Assembly: GCA_036507075.1 (NCBI GenBank)
Contig: DASXQR010000172.1
Location: forward strand, 1 to 20,500
DNA from: Acidobacteriota bacterium
Lineage (GTDB): Bacteria > Acidobacteriota > UBA6911 > JACQSX01
Direction of reading: 5' to 3'
DNA length: 20,500 nucleotides
Part shown: positions 1-7,087 of the stretch, piece after piece
Layout: the number at the start of each line of letters is the position of its first letter
How positions within the stretch are numbered: position 1 is the first letter of the stretch
The notes under the pieces: model-generated
Databases searched by the model: none
What the model saw: only the letters and a program-made list of their open reading frames with translations
Told to the model about the DNA's origin: nothing
Translations under genes and position numbers: made by a program

Positions 1-130
1 GAGAGAGGGGGAGAAAGAGGGACGGAGAGAGGGAGAGAGGGAGAGACGGGGAGTGGGAGAGTGGGAAAGCGGAGGAGCGGAGGAGCGGGAGAGTGGGGGA
101 TTGGGGGAGTGGGAGAGCGGGGGAGGAGAG
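1..130. repeat. Degenerate ~8-nt purine-rich tandem array (GGGAGAGN-like), continues off the left edge
   Basis: gggagaga, gggagaga, ggggagtg, gggagagt, gcggagga gcggagga etc.; almost entirely G/A on the + strand. Confidence 0.8.
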
Positions 131-1137
131 GCTTGAATTCCGAACAGTTGTAAAAGGGTTGGTGCGATGTCGATTTGCTGGACGAGCTGGCGATTTCGCG
201 TGCCCTGGGTCTGGCCTGGAAGCCGGATGACAAGCGGAATATGAATCAACTCTTCAAACAGTTTGGCATTCAGCGAGGTGCTGGCATGCCCCACAAAATC
301 GTGCTCCAGGAGCTCTTCTCCATGGTCTGCGGTCAGCACGATCAAGGTGCGGTCTTCTAACCCTTTTTCGCGCAGTTTTTCCAGGACGCGCCCGAAAAAC
401 TGGTCCATGTTATAAAGCTCCGCGTCATAAAGGGCATGAAGCGCGGGCAGGTCGTCTCTGGAAAACTTTACCGAGCCCTTGGGCACAATGGCGCCCTGTC
501 GAACGGCCTGAATGCCAGGTGATTTCAGCGCCTGCTCCCAGGTGACAGGCGAGGGGGGTGGCTGTGTGGCTTTGCCTGCTCCGCCAGTCTGGCGCGCCGC
601 TCCCTTCCGGTCGCGGCTCTGCATCATCAGCTTCAATACGTCATCAGGAGGATTGTAGGGCTGGTGAACCTTGGTGGTGTGGTACCAGACAAAGAATCTC
701 TTGCCTGCATTTCGGTCCAGGTAATTCAGCAGCTCGTCTCCATCGTTGGCCGTAAAGTAGCTGCGATCAATGGCCGGCAATCCCAAATTCTGATAGTAGG
801 GCGCGAAAGTGAAAAAATTTAGATTGGGCACATCGAAGCCCCGGCTGCCGAATGCCTTCAAAAGCGTGGGAAGCTTCTCTCCGGCGTGGCGATCCCGCGA
901 ATCCACGCCATGGACCGACGGCAGCATCCCGCTCAGTATCGAAACGAGGCCGGGAGCAGTCCAGGCCGAAACGCTGTAAGCGCGGTCGAAGACGGCGGCA
1001 TGGCGCGCCCAGCGGTCGATGTTGGGGGTGGTCTCGACAGGATTCCCATAGAGGCTCATGCGGCTCTGATTGCAGGAGTCGATGGTAAAGAGGAGGACGT
1101 TCCATTCCGGGGCGGGCGCGGCGGCGGCAAAGAGCAT
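1..1137 (-). CDS. Sulfatase-like hydrolase/transferase (alkaline phosphatase superfamily), 3'-truncated by the window edge; not in ORF track
   Basis: Manual translation from ATG 1137: MLFAAAAPAPEWNVLLFTIDSC...TTPNIDRWA...VFDRAYSVSAWTAPGLVSILSG...FFVWYHTTKVHQPY...LYDAELYNMD...TLIVLTADHGEELLEH...HIPLVIRLPG...QQIDIAPTLLQLFGI; no stop before position 1. Start uncertain: frame stays open upstream with ATGs at 1308 and 1329. Confidence 0.9.
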   Translation of the reverse strand, partial: MLFAAAAPAPEWNVLLFTIDSCNQSRMSLYGNPVETTPNIDRWARHAAVFDRAYSVSAWTAPGLVSILSGMLPSVHGVDSRDRHAGEKLPTLLKAFGSRGFDVPNLNFFTFAPYYQNLGLPAIDRSYFTANDGDELLNYLDRNAGKRFFVWYHTTKVHQPYNPPDDVLKLMMQSRDRKGAARQTGGAGKATQPPPSPVTWEQALKSPGIQAVRQGAIVPKGSVKFSRDDLPALHALYDAELYNMDQFFGRVLEKLREKGLEDRTLIVLTADHGEELLEHDFVGHASTSLNAKLFEELIHIPLVIRLPGQTQGTRNRQLVQQIDIAPTLLQLFGIQASPPPLSHSPNPPLSRSSAPPLSHSPTPRLSLSPSLRPSFSPSL

Positions 1138-1140
1138 TAT

Positions 1141-1334
1141 CACCACAGAGACACAGAGGACACAGGGAATTTTCCCAAATGCGGAATGGGGAATGCGGAA
1201 TGGGGAATGCGGAATGGAGAATGGGTAGTTCTTGGTGTCTTGGTGCCTTTGTGGTTGAAGGCGTTTGAACCACCAAGGCACCAAGACACCAAAAAAATTA
1301 TTCCGCATCCCGCATTCCGAAATCCGCATTTCAG
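1141..1334. repeat. Mosaic nested inverted-repeat cluster: CACAGAG array, (GGAATG[C/G])n, 25-bp hairpin, (ATTCCGC)n
   Basis: 1141-1167 caccacagagacacagaggacacaggg; 1179-1222 heptamer array; 1232-1256 and 1268-1292 complementary at 24/25; 1300-1331 reverse-orientation heptamer array. Confidence 0.9.
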
Positions 1335-1382
1335 GCCGGCTTATACGCGGCCTGGAGCCGCCGATTTTTTCTTTTAGTTCCA

Positions 1383-1928
1383 CTACTGTTCCCTCTCTTT
1401 TTTCCACGGCCGGATGATCAGCAGCAAAACGATCATTCCCAGAAGCGCGCTTTCCCAGTTGGCCACCGCATCGCGAAGCTCTCCCACCCGATGCCACCGC
1501 TCAAACGTGAGATACTGGATGTACTCATCCAGACTCCCGAATACGCAGCTCAAAAAAAAGGCCCCGGCCGCGACCCGGGTCCATCGGCTTACGCTCGGTT
1601 GCAGCGCCCAGTAAATAATCCAGGAGAGAAGCCCGTATTCAAGAAAGTGCATTCTCTCGGCCGGAGTCTGAAATTCATGATTGTACAAGTAATAGTAGGC
1701 GACCCCGGCCCCGGCCAGTCCCAGAAGACTGAGCCAGTGGCCGCGCGTTCGATAGATCGCATAGATCAGAATCACCAGCGCAGCGAACACAAGCGGGTAA
1801 AACGCCAAGCTGGCAAACGATGTCCCCAAGCGCCTCTGCGCGCGAATCCATATTCGCGGCGCGATGGGCAGCGTGATGTAGATGAACCCTACATATGCCA
1901 GAACAAGCAGCCACCTGATAAATCGCAT
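1383..1928 (-). CDS. VanZ-like family membrane protein
   Basis: 181 aa, multiple hydrophobic segments; ERMHFLEYGLL and GSLDEYIQY...R.....RDAVAN resemble the VanZ H..Y / DE..Q...R.....D...N pattern. Confidence 0.8.
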   Translation of the reverse strand: MRFIRWLLVLAYVGFIYITLPIAPRIWIRAQRRLGTSFASLAFYPLVFAALVILIYAIYRTRGHWLSLLGLAGAGVAYYYLYNHEFQTPAERMHFLEYGLLSWIIYWALQPSVSRWTRVAAGAFFLSCVFGSLDEYIQYLTFERWHRVGELRDAVANWESALLGMIVLLLIIRPWKKEREQ

Positions 1929-1960
1929 CCCCGTCGTTACCCGCCAGGTCGTAGGCTCGG

Positions 1961-2062
1961 CTGAAATGTGGATTTCGGAATGCGGAATGCGGAATAGGGG
2001 AGTGATTTGATCCCAGTCGCAAAAACAAAATTCAATGTATTCCGCATTCCCAGTTCCGCATT
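1961..2062. repeat. Inverted pair of GGAATGC / ATTCCGC heptamer arrays
   Basis: 1961-1995 ctgaaatgtggatttcggaatgcggaatgcggaat; 2039-2062 attccgcattcccagttccgcatt, abutting the GT stop codon. Confidence 0.85.
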
Positions 2063-2948
2063 ATTTGTTTTTCCTCCACCTCAGAAACGTACTCTTGACG
2101 GCATTCCAGAACAGGCTCGGCAGGGCCGACAACCAGATTGCCGCATATACGGCGCCGTTCTTCCACCACGGGTTCTGCCCGTAATAGTGCTTTCGATAGA
2201 AAAGCCACATCGCATGATAGAAGTGGAACCATGATGCAAAGCGCCGGCTTTTGACACTGCCACCCTTGGAATGGACCGCCGTGATTGAAGGCCAGTAAAC
2301 GACCTTTTTGCCGGCGCACACAGCGCGAAGGCAAAGATCCAGGTCCTCGCCGTAGATGAAAAAACGTTCGTCGAATCCCAGGATCGACTCCATTACTTCC
2401 CGCCTCGCCATCAGAAAAGAGCCCGACACGGCGCCCACCTCCGCTGTGTCATCCGCGTCCAGAAAGGTCAGGTTGTACTCGCCAAATTTTCTGTGTCTGG
2501 GAAACATACGGCTCAAGCCGGCAAAGTGAAAAAAAGCGGACCGCGGTGTGGGGATGGCGCGGCGGCATGCCGGCTGCAGCGATCCATCAGGATTGAGCAC
2601 TTTCCCTCCCAGTATACCGATTTCGGGATGCTGTCGAAGATACCGAACTGCTTCCGCCAGCGACCCCGCTGCCAGCCTGGCATCGGGATTGAGCAGCAAC
2701 AGAAAGTCTCCGCGCGATACGGCAAAGGCCTGGTTGCACGCTCTGCCGAAGCCGAGGTTTGTCGCATTTCTCAAAAGATGCACTGCGGGGAAATTTGTCG
2801 CCACGTATTCGGCGGAATCGTCCGAGGACGCATTGTCCACCACGATTTGTTCGCATGAAATGTCCCCGGCGTGTTGCTGAATGGAAGACAGGCAGGACTG
2901 AAGATGCTCCCGTGCGTTGTAGTTCACGACGATGACGCTCAGATCCAT
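2061..2948 (-). CDS. Glycosyltransferase family 2 (WbbL-like)
   Basis: MDLSVIVVNYN, VVDNASSD, NLGFGRACN, LLLNPD, VSGSFLM, GFDERFFIYGEDLDLC; start set at ATG 2948 because the longer ORF begins inside a repeat. Confidence 0.93.
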   Translation of the reverse strand: MDLSVIVVNYNAREHLQSCLSSIQQHAGDISCEQIVVDNASSDDSAEYVATNFPAVHLLRNATNLGFGRACNQAFAVSRGDFLLLLNPDARLAAGSLAEAVRYLRQHPEIGILGGKVLNPDGSLQPACRRAIPTPRSAFFHFAGLSRMFPRHRKFGEYNLTFLDADDTAEVGAVSGSFLMARREVMESILGFDERFFIYGEDLDLCLRAVCAGKKVVYWPSITAVHSKGGSVKSRRFASWFHFYHAMWLFYRKHYYGQNPWWKNGAVYAAIWLSALPSLFWNAVKSTFLRWRKNK

Positions 2949-2980
2949 GGAAGAATTCCGGTGCAAGTCGGCCAGTAAGT

Positions 2981-3136
2981 TTTCACCACAAAGACACAAA
3001 GAACACGAAGTCAGACGAGGGGACTGGCAGAGTCCGGTCAGGTCTCAAAGCAGGCTGTGGCAGCGTGTTCGGAGATGACCGGACTCTGCCAGTCCCCTCG
3101 TCCCGCTTGGTGTTCTTTGTGCCTTTGTGGTGGAAA
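2981..3136. repeat. Nested inverted repeat (MITE/REP-like): outer 23-bp arms, inner perfect 27-bp arms, 35-nt loop
   Basis: 2984-3006 vs 3110-3132 complementary at 22/23; 3014-3040 gacgaggggactggcagagtccggtca is the exact reverse complement of 3076-3102. Confidence 0.9.
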
Positions 3137-3161
3137 ATTCCCTGAATCCATGATCCGGCGT

Positions 3162-4127
3162 TCACAACTTCCCCGCAAATCTTGTTCGCAGCCAGCGATG
3201 TTCCAGCAGAGAATCGATATATTCGTCGGAAACACACTTCAAGCGCTGCACCTGGGTCCTTTTCTCCAGCATGCGGGCGCGCCCCTTCCAGGCAGCGTGT
3301 TTGGCTTTGAGGAAGGAGAAAAGCCGTCCGCGGAATGTGAAGTAAAAGAGGGAAATAAAAAAATAAAGCACGCGCAGCGGCAGGTACTTGAGGAGCAGAC
3401 GCGCCGGAAGGTTTTTCCAAATCAGCCACTCGCTGTTTCGCTGGCCGTAAAAGACGATGCTCGCGGGATCGCTCTTCAGGCTTGCATTCACCTTGTGGTA
3501 AACGACCGCCCCGGGCACGTAAAGACAGCAATGGCCGGCAAGCTGGGCTCTCAAGTTCAGATCGGCGTCTTCATAAATGTAAAAGAAGTCTTCGTCAAAC
3601 CCGCCCAGCTTCCGCAGCATCGAAGTTCGATACAGCGCGGCGGCGGCGCTGGCGCCGAAAACGGGCTTTGGCTGATGATATTGAATCGCGGGACGGCAAT
3701 GGCCGATTTTGAATGCGGCTCCCGCAATCGGGAACCCATCGCCGGCACTGTCGAGCAGATCGCGCCGGTCGAAAAGCCTTATTTCGCTGGCAAAAAAATC
3801 GGCTCCGCGATGCTCGTCTGTCGCGTCCATCAGGACCTGCAGCCATTGCGCGTCGGCTTCCGTGTCGTTGTTCAGCAGGGCGATCCAGGGAGTGCGGCAG
3901 TTTTTGATGGCGCGGTTGTTGGCTGCCGCAAAACCGAGGTTGTGCGGCAGCCGCAGCAGCTCGATCTCGGGAAAGGCGTTCCGCACCCAGTCGGCCGATC
4001 CGTCCGTAGAGCCGTTGTCGACCAGAACAATCTCAAAGTCGCGGAACCTCTGGTTGCGGAGCGACTGCAGGCACGCGGGCAGGTGTTGCCGGCCGTTCCA
4101 GTTAAGAACGACGACCGTGCATTGCAC
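3162..4127 (-). CDS. Glycosyltransferase family 2
   Basis: VVVLNWNG, VLVDNGSTD, NLGFAAANN, ALLNNDT, GGFDEDFFYIYEDADL; GTG start 3 nt after the upstream stop. Confidence 0.93.
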   Translation of the reverse strand: MQCTVVVLNWNGRQHLPACLQSLRNQRFRDFEIVLVDNGSTDGSADWVRNAFPEIELLRLPHNLGFAAANNRAIKNCRTPWIALLNNDTEADAQWLQVLMDATDEHRGADFFASEIRLFDRRDLLDSAGDGFPIAGAAFKIGHCRPAIQYHQPKPVFGASAAAALYRTSMLRKLGGFDEDFFYIYEDADLNLRAQLAGHCCLYVPGAVVYHKVNASLKSDPASIVFYGQRNSEWLIWKNLPARLLLKYLPLRVLYFFISLFYFTFRGRLFSFLKAKHAAWKGRARMLEKRTQVQRLKCVSDEYIDSLLEHRWLRTRFAGKL

Positions 4128-4130
4128 GGG

Positions 4131-4796
4131 TTATCCGCGCAGCACGACCGCGCCCGCCAGTACTTCAATTTTCTTCAATCCGTAGGGGAGCGGAACCGGC
4201 TTGGAGGTGTCGATGGGAGGATTCTGGCGGCTTCCCAGATAATTGATCACTTTTTCAATGAAGTAGACCGGCAGCCTGAGATTCCCGAAATAAGCCTTTT
4301 CCAGTCTGAAAAGTCCCTTGCCGTTGTTCGTGTTTACAAAACCTTCCACATAAATCTGTTTTTCGCCCGAAAGAACTGAGCGAACCATTCTTACGGCCAG
4401 GCTCTGGTCTTCCACCTTCACCTTGTTGAAATCGATCCGCGTGGTAGCTCCGAGATAATTCGGGCCGATGAATTTGATGTAAACAGAATTTACTCCGAAG
4501 CGGGACTTGGCTTTCACCGCCTGTTGCACGTAGGCGTTGATGTCGCCTTCGCCGAGGCGAATCATCCTTTCAGGCGGGTTTTTGCCCCTGATCCGGCTGT
4601 CGGCCTGCGTGATGTAATCCTGCAGGATGAATGACACTCTTTCAGCAGGGGTCCTGGGCACGGGCGGGACCGGTTTCGGGGCCGCCAGCGCGGGCTTTTT
4701 GGGAGCGGGTAGCGGCGCCTTTCGTTTTTGAGAGGACGCCGTTGAAACCGACAATGCCAGAATCAAAAACAGCCAAACAAGATCACGGTATCGCAC
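4131..4796 (-). CDS. Hypothetical exported protein with signal peptide and Pro/Lys-rich linker
   Basis: 221 aa; hydrophobic N-terminus (LVWLFLILALSVSTASS), KKPALAAPKPVPPVP linker; stop 3 nt before the GT2 start. Confidence 0.7.
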   Translation of the reverse strand: MRYRDLVWLFLILALSVSTASSQKRKAPLPAPKKPALAAPKPVPPVPRTPAERVSFILQDYITQADSRIRGKNPPERMIRLGEGDINAYVQQAVKAKSRFGVNSVYIKFIGPNYLGATTRIDFNKVKVEDQSLAVRMVRSVLSGEKQIYVEGFVNTNNGKGLFRLEKAYFGNLRLPVYFIEKVINYLGSRQNPPIDTSKPVPLPYGLKKIEVLAGAVVLRG

Positions 4797-4831
4797 TAAG
4801 AAATCTCCGAATACAGAATTAGCAGGCAGCC

Positions 4832-4880
4832 AGTCAGTCTGTCAGTCTGTCAGTCTCTCAGTCTCTCAGTCAGTGAGTGA
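4832..4880. repeat. CAGTCT(G/C)T octamer tandem array
   Basis: cagt cagtctgt cagtctgt cagtctct cagtctct cagtcagtgagtga. Confidence 0.85.
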
Positions 4881-4979
4881 GAACACATCAATCTGAGCGC
4901 AGTATTTTAACGAAGAAAGGGTGAAACGCCAAATTCACCACCCCAATACCGAACCGCGCGCGTAAGCAAGCGGACCCTC

Positions 4980-5195
4980 CATTGGTCATTGGTCATCAGT
5001 CATTGGTCATTGGTCATTATTGGTCATCAGTCATTGGTCAGTCGTCACCGGTCATTGTTATCATCATAGTCACGAAACTGTCCTATAACGTCAGACTTAC
5101 GACCGCTAACCAATGTAAGATGACCATCACTGATGACCAATGACTGATGACGAATGACCGGTGACGATGACCAATGACTGATGACCAATGACCAA
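4980..5195. repeat. Inverted pair of (TTGGTCA)n and (TGACCAA)n heptamer arrays around a ~60-nt spacer
   Basis: 4980-5060 cattggtcattggtcatcagtcattggtca...; 5120-5195 tgaccatcactgatgaccaatgactgatgacgaatgacc... Confidence 0.9.
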
Positions 5196-5208
5196 CGGAG
5201 CGTCCCCT

Positions 5209-5237
5209 ATTCCGCATTCCGCATTCCACATTCCGCG
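5209..5237. repeat. ATTCCGC heptamer array
   Basis: attccgc attccgc attccac attccgc, 7 nt beyond the peptidase stop codon. Confidence 0.85.
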
Positions 5238-5244
5238 TTTGAGG

Positions 5245-6993
5245 TCAATTCCTTGTCCCCAGCGTGACCGAGGCCTTCAGAAGTTTCCCATCCCGCAAGT
5301 ACTCCACTTCGACCGTCTGACCCGGCGCGTGGCTGCGCAGCGCATAGGTGAAGTCATAAAGGTTCTCGACGGGTTTGCCGTCGAACTTTACCAGCGTATC
5401 TCCGCCGCGCAGTCCTGCCTGGTGGGCCGGGCTTCCCTGCGTCACGTCGGAAAAACGCACCCCGTTGACACCGGATGCAAAGTCGGGAACGGACCCGAAA
5501 TAAGCGCCGTACCCGGAGCCGCCGCCGCTTGATTTCGGTTCGGCAGGCTGGGTGAAGTGCAGCGCCATTTGACTGGCCGTCAGGCTCCTGACCGCCTGGC
5601 GGGCTACATCCAGCACTTCGAGAGCCTTCGGGACATCGATCTTCTCCCAGTCGTCGGTGGCCTTGTGATAATCCGAGTGCAGGCCGCTGAAAAAGAAGAG
5701 CGCCGGAATGCCGTGCGCCGTGAATGAAACATGATCGCTGCCTCCAGGAATGTTGTCGGAAACTTCAATCTTCAAATCCGCGTGCCAATCCTTTAGCAGC
5801 TCCGGAAATTCTTTGGCGGTACCCACACCGCCCAGGAAGAATTTTCCCTGCGGGCGGCCGATCATATCCATATTGACCATCGCGGCCACGCGCTTGACCT
5901 CGGCAGGAAGGTGGTCGACAAAGTAAGCGGATCCGAGCAGGCCCAACTCTTCTCCGGCGAATGCGATGAACACAATGCCGCGTGCCAGGGGCGGCTGGTG
6001 GCCTGCGAAATTTTCTCCCAGGCAGATTACGCCGGCCGTGCCACTTGCGTTGTCATCGGCCCCGTTGTGCGGCTGCCCGACGGCGTTCGGATCGAGCGCG
6101 TATCGCTCGCCCAGTCCAAGATGATCATAATGGGCGCCGACCACGACCCATTCCTGCGGCATAGGAGAACCGGCCAGATAAGCCACCACATTTGCCACAC
6201 GCCGCCGTTGCTTTTCCAGGTGCACATTCCATTGAAGCGCGGCGGGATGAAATTCGGCATGTGGATTGCCGAGCTGAGCGGCATCGACTCCCAACAGGTT
6301 GGCTGCCAGCTCAGGCGTGACTGCAAAAGCCGGCATCCCCATCTGTTCGGCGCCTCGCGAGGAGAAGTGGGATGGATCGCGCACCAGCAGCAGCGCGGCG
6401 GCCCCCTTGTTCTTGGCAAGCACAATCTTCGAGAGCAGGTCGGAATGCACCAGCGGCTTTTGCTTTTCAGTGAGTGAAGGAGCGCCGTCGAGTACCACTG
6501 CCACCTTCCCGTGGACTTCCTTGCCCGCGTAATCGTCGTAGTCGCCCTGTATGGCCGCCACGCCGTGGCCGCAGAAAATCGCCGGCCCCGAACCGGACAT
6601 CAGCAAGAGCACCGGTCCTTCCTTGCGACGCTCCCCCGCATCGCTCCGATCGGCAAACGAAAGCAGCGAGAAATCCTTGTCCAGGGCGTATCTTTGAGCT
6701 CCGATCTGAAGGTGGCTGCCGGCAAGCAGGTCCACCTGGGCCGTCACTTCGAAGTACTGACGGTAGCCATCCAGCGAGGCGAAATCCTTCAATCCGGCCT
6801 TGCGGAAGCGTCCTTCTATATATGAGGCGGCCTTTGAAAGTTCGGGAAGATTATTTCCGCGGCCTTTGAGTTGATCGGATGCGAGATACTTTACGTAGGA
6901 CAAATAATGCTCTGCCGAAAAAGGCGCGGTTGTCGATGAAGCCAGCGCTACCGCGCAGCAGAAGGCGACGACGATGAAGCAGATTTTTTTCAT
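5245..6993 (-). CDS. Secreted M28 family aminopeptidase with PA domain and C-terminal PDZ domain
   Basis: Signal peptide MKKICFIVVAFCCAVALA from ATG 6993; GAHYDHLG, NGADDNASG, FAGEELGLLGS, NMDMIGR, SDH, HSDYH; PDZ YFGSVPDF...GSPAHQAGLRGGD. Confidence 0.92.
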   Translation of the reverse strand: MKKICFIVVAFCCAVALASSTTAPFSAEHYLSYVKYLASDQLKGRGNNLPELSKAASYIEGRFRKAGLKDFASLDGYRQYFEVTAQVDLLAGSHLQIGAQRYALDKDFSLLSFADRSDAGERRKEGPVLLLMSGSGPAIFCGHGVAAIQGDYDDYAGKEVHGKVAVVLDGAPSLTEKQKPLVHSDLLSKIVLAKNKGAAALLLVRDPSHFSSRGAEQMGMPAFAVTPELAANLLGVDAAQLGNPHAEFHPAALQWNVHLEKQRRRVANVVAYLAGSPMPQEWVVVGAHYDHLGLGERYALDPNAVGQPHNGADDNASGTAGVICLGENFAGHQPPLARGIVFIAFAGEELGLLGSAYFVDHLPAEVKRVAAMVNMDMIGRPQGKFFLGGVGTAKEFPELLKDWHADLKIEVSDNIPGGSDHVSFTAHGIPALFFFSGLHSDYHKATDDWEKIDVPKALEVLDVARQAVRSLTASQMALHFTQPAEPKSSGGGSGYGAYFGSVPDFASGVNGVRFSDVTQGSPAHQAGLRGGDTLVKFDGKPVENLYDFTYALRSHAPGQTVEVEYLRDGKLLKASVTLGTRN

Positions 6994-7017
6994 GTGGTGT
7001 AGATTACCACAACGAAA

Positions 7018-7070
7018 CTTTGTGTCTTTGCGTCTTGGTGGTTTTTTGAACCACAAAGACACAAAGGCAC
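7018..7070. repeat. CTTTGTGT / CACAAAGA octamer hairpin in the divergent intergenic region
   Basis: 7022-7043 vs 7049-7070 complementary at 19/22, 5-nt loop. Confidence 0.8.
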
Positions 7071-7087
7071 TAATTGAGAAACCGGCT

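Noticed and set aside
767..1377. ORFs 767..1276 (-), 852..1088 (+), 886..1377 (+)
   Set aside because: Alternative frames over the sulfatase and repeat mosaic; the sulfatase frame carries the family motifs
1332..1377. CAGGCCG-N9-CGGCCTG hairpin with downstream T tract as a terminator
   Set aside because: T tract is about 10 nt from the stem and on the strand opposite to the flanking genes
3057..4379. 440-aa plus-strand ORF
   Set aside because: Antisense shadow of GT2 and the exported protein; no recognisable motif
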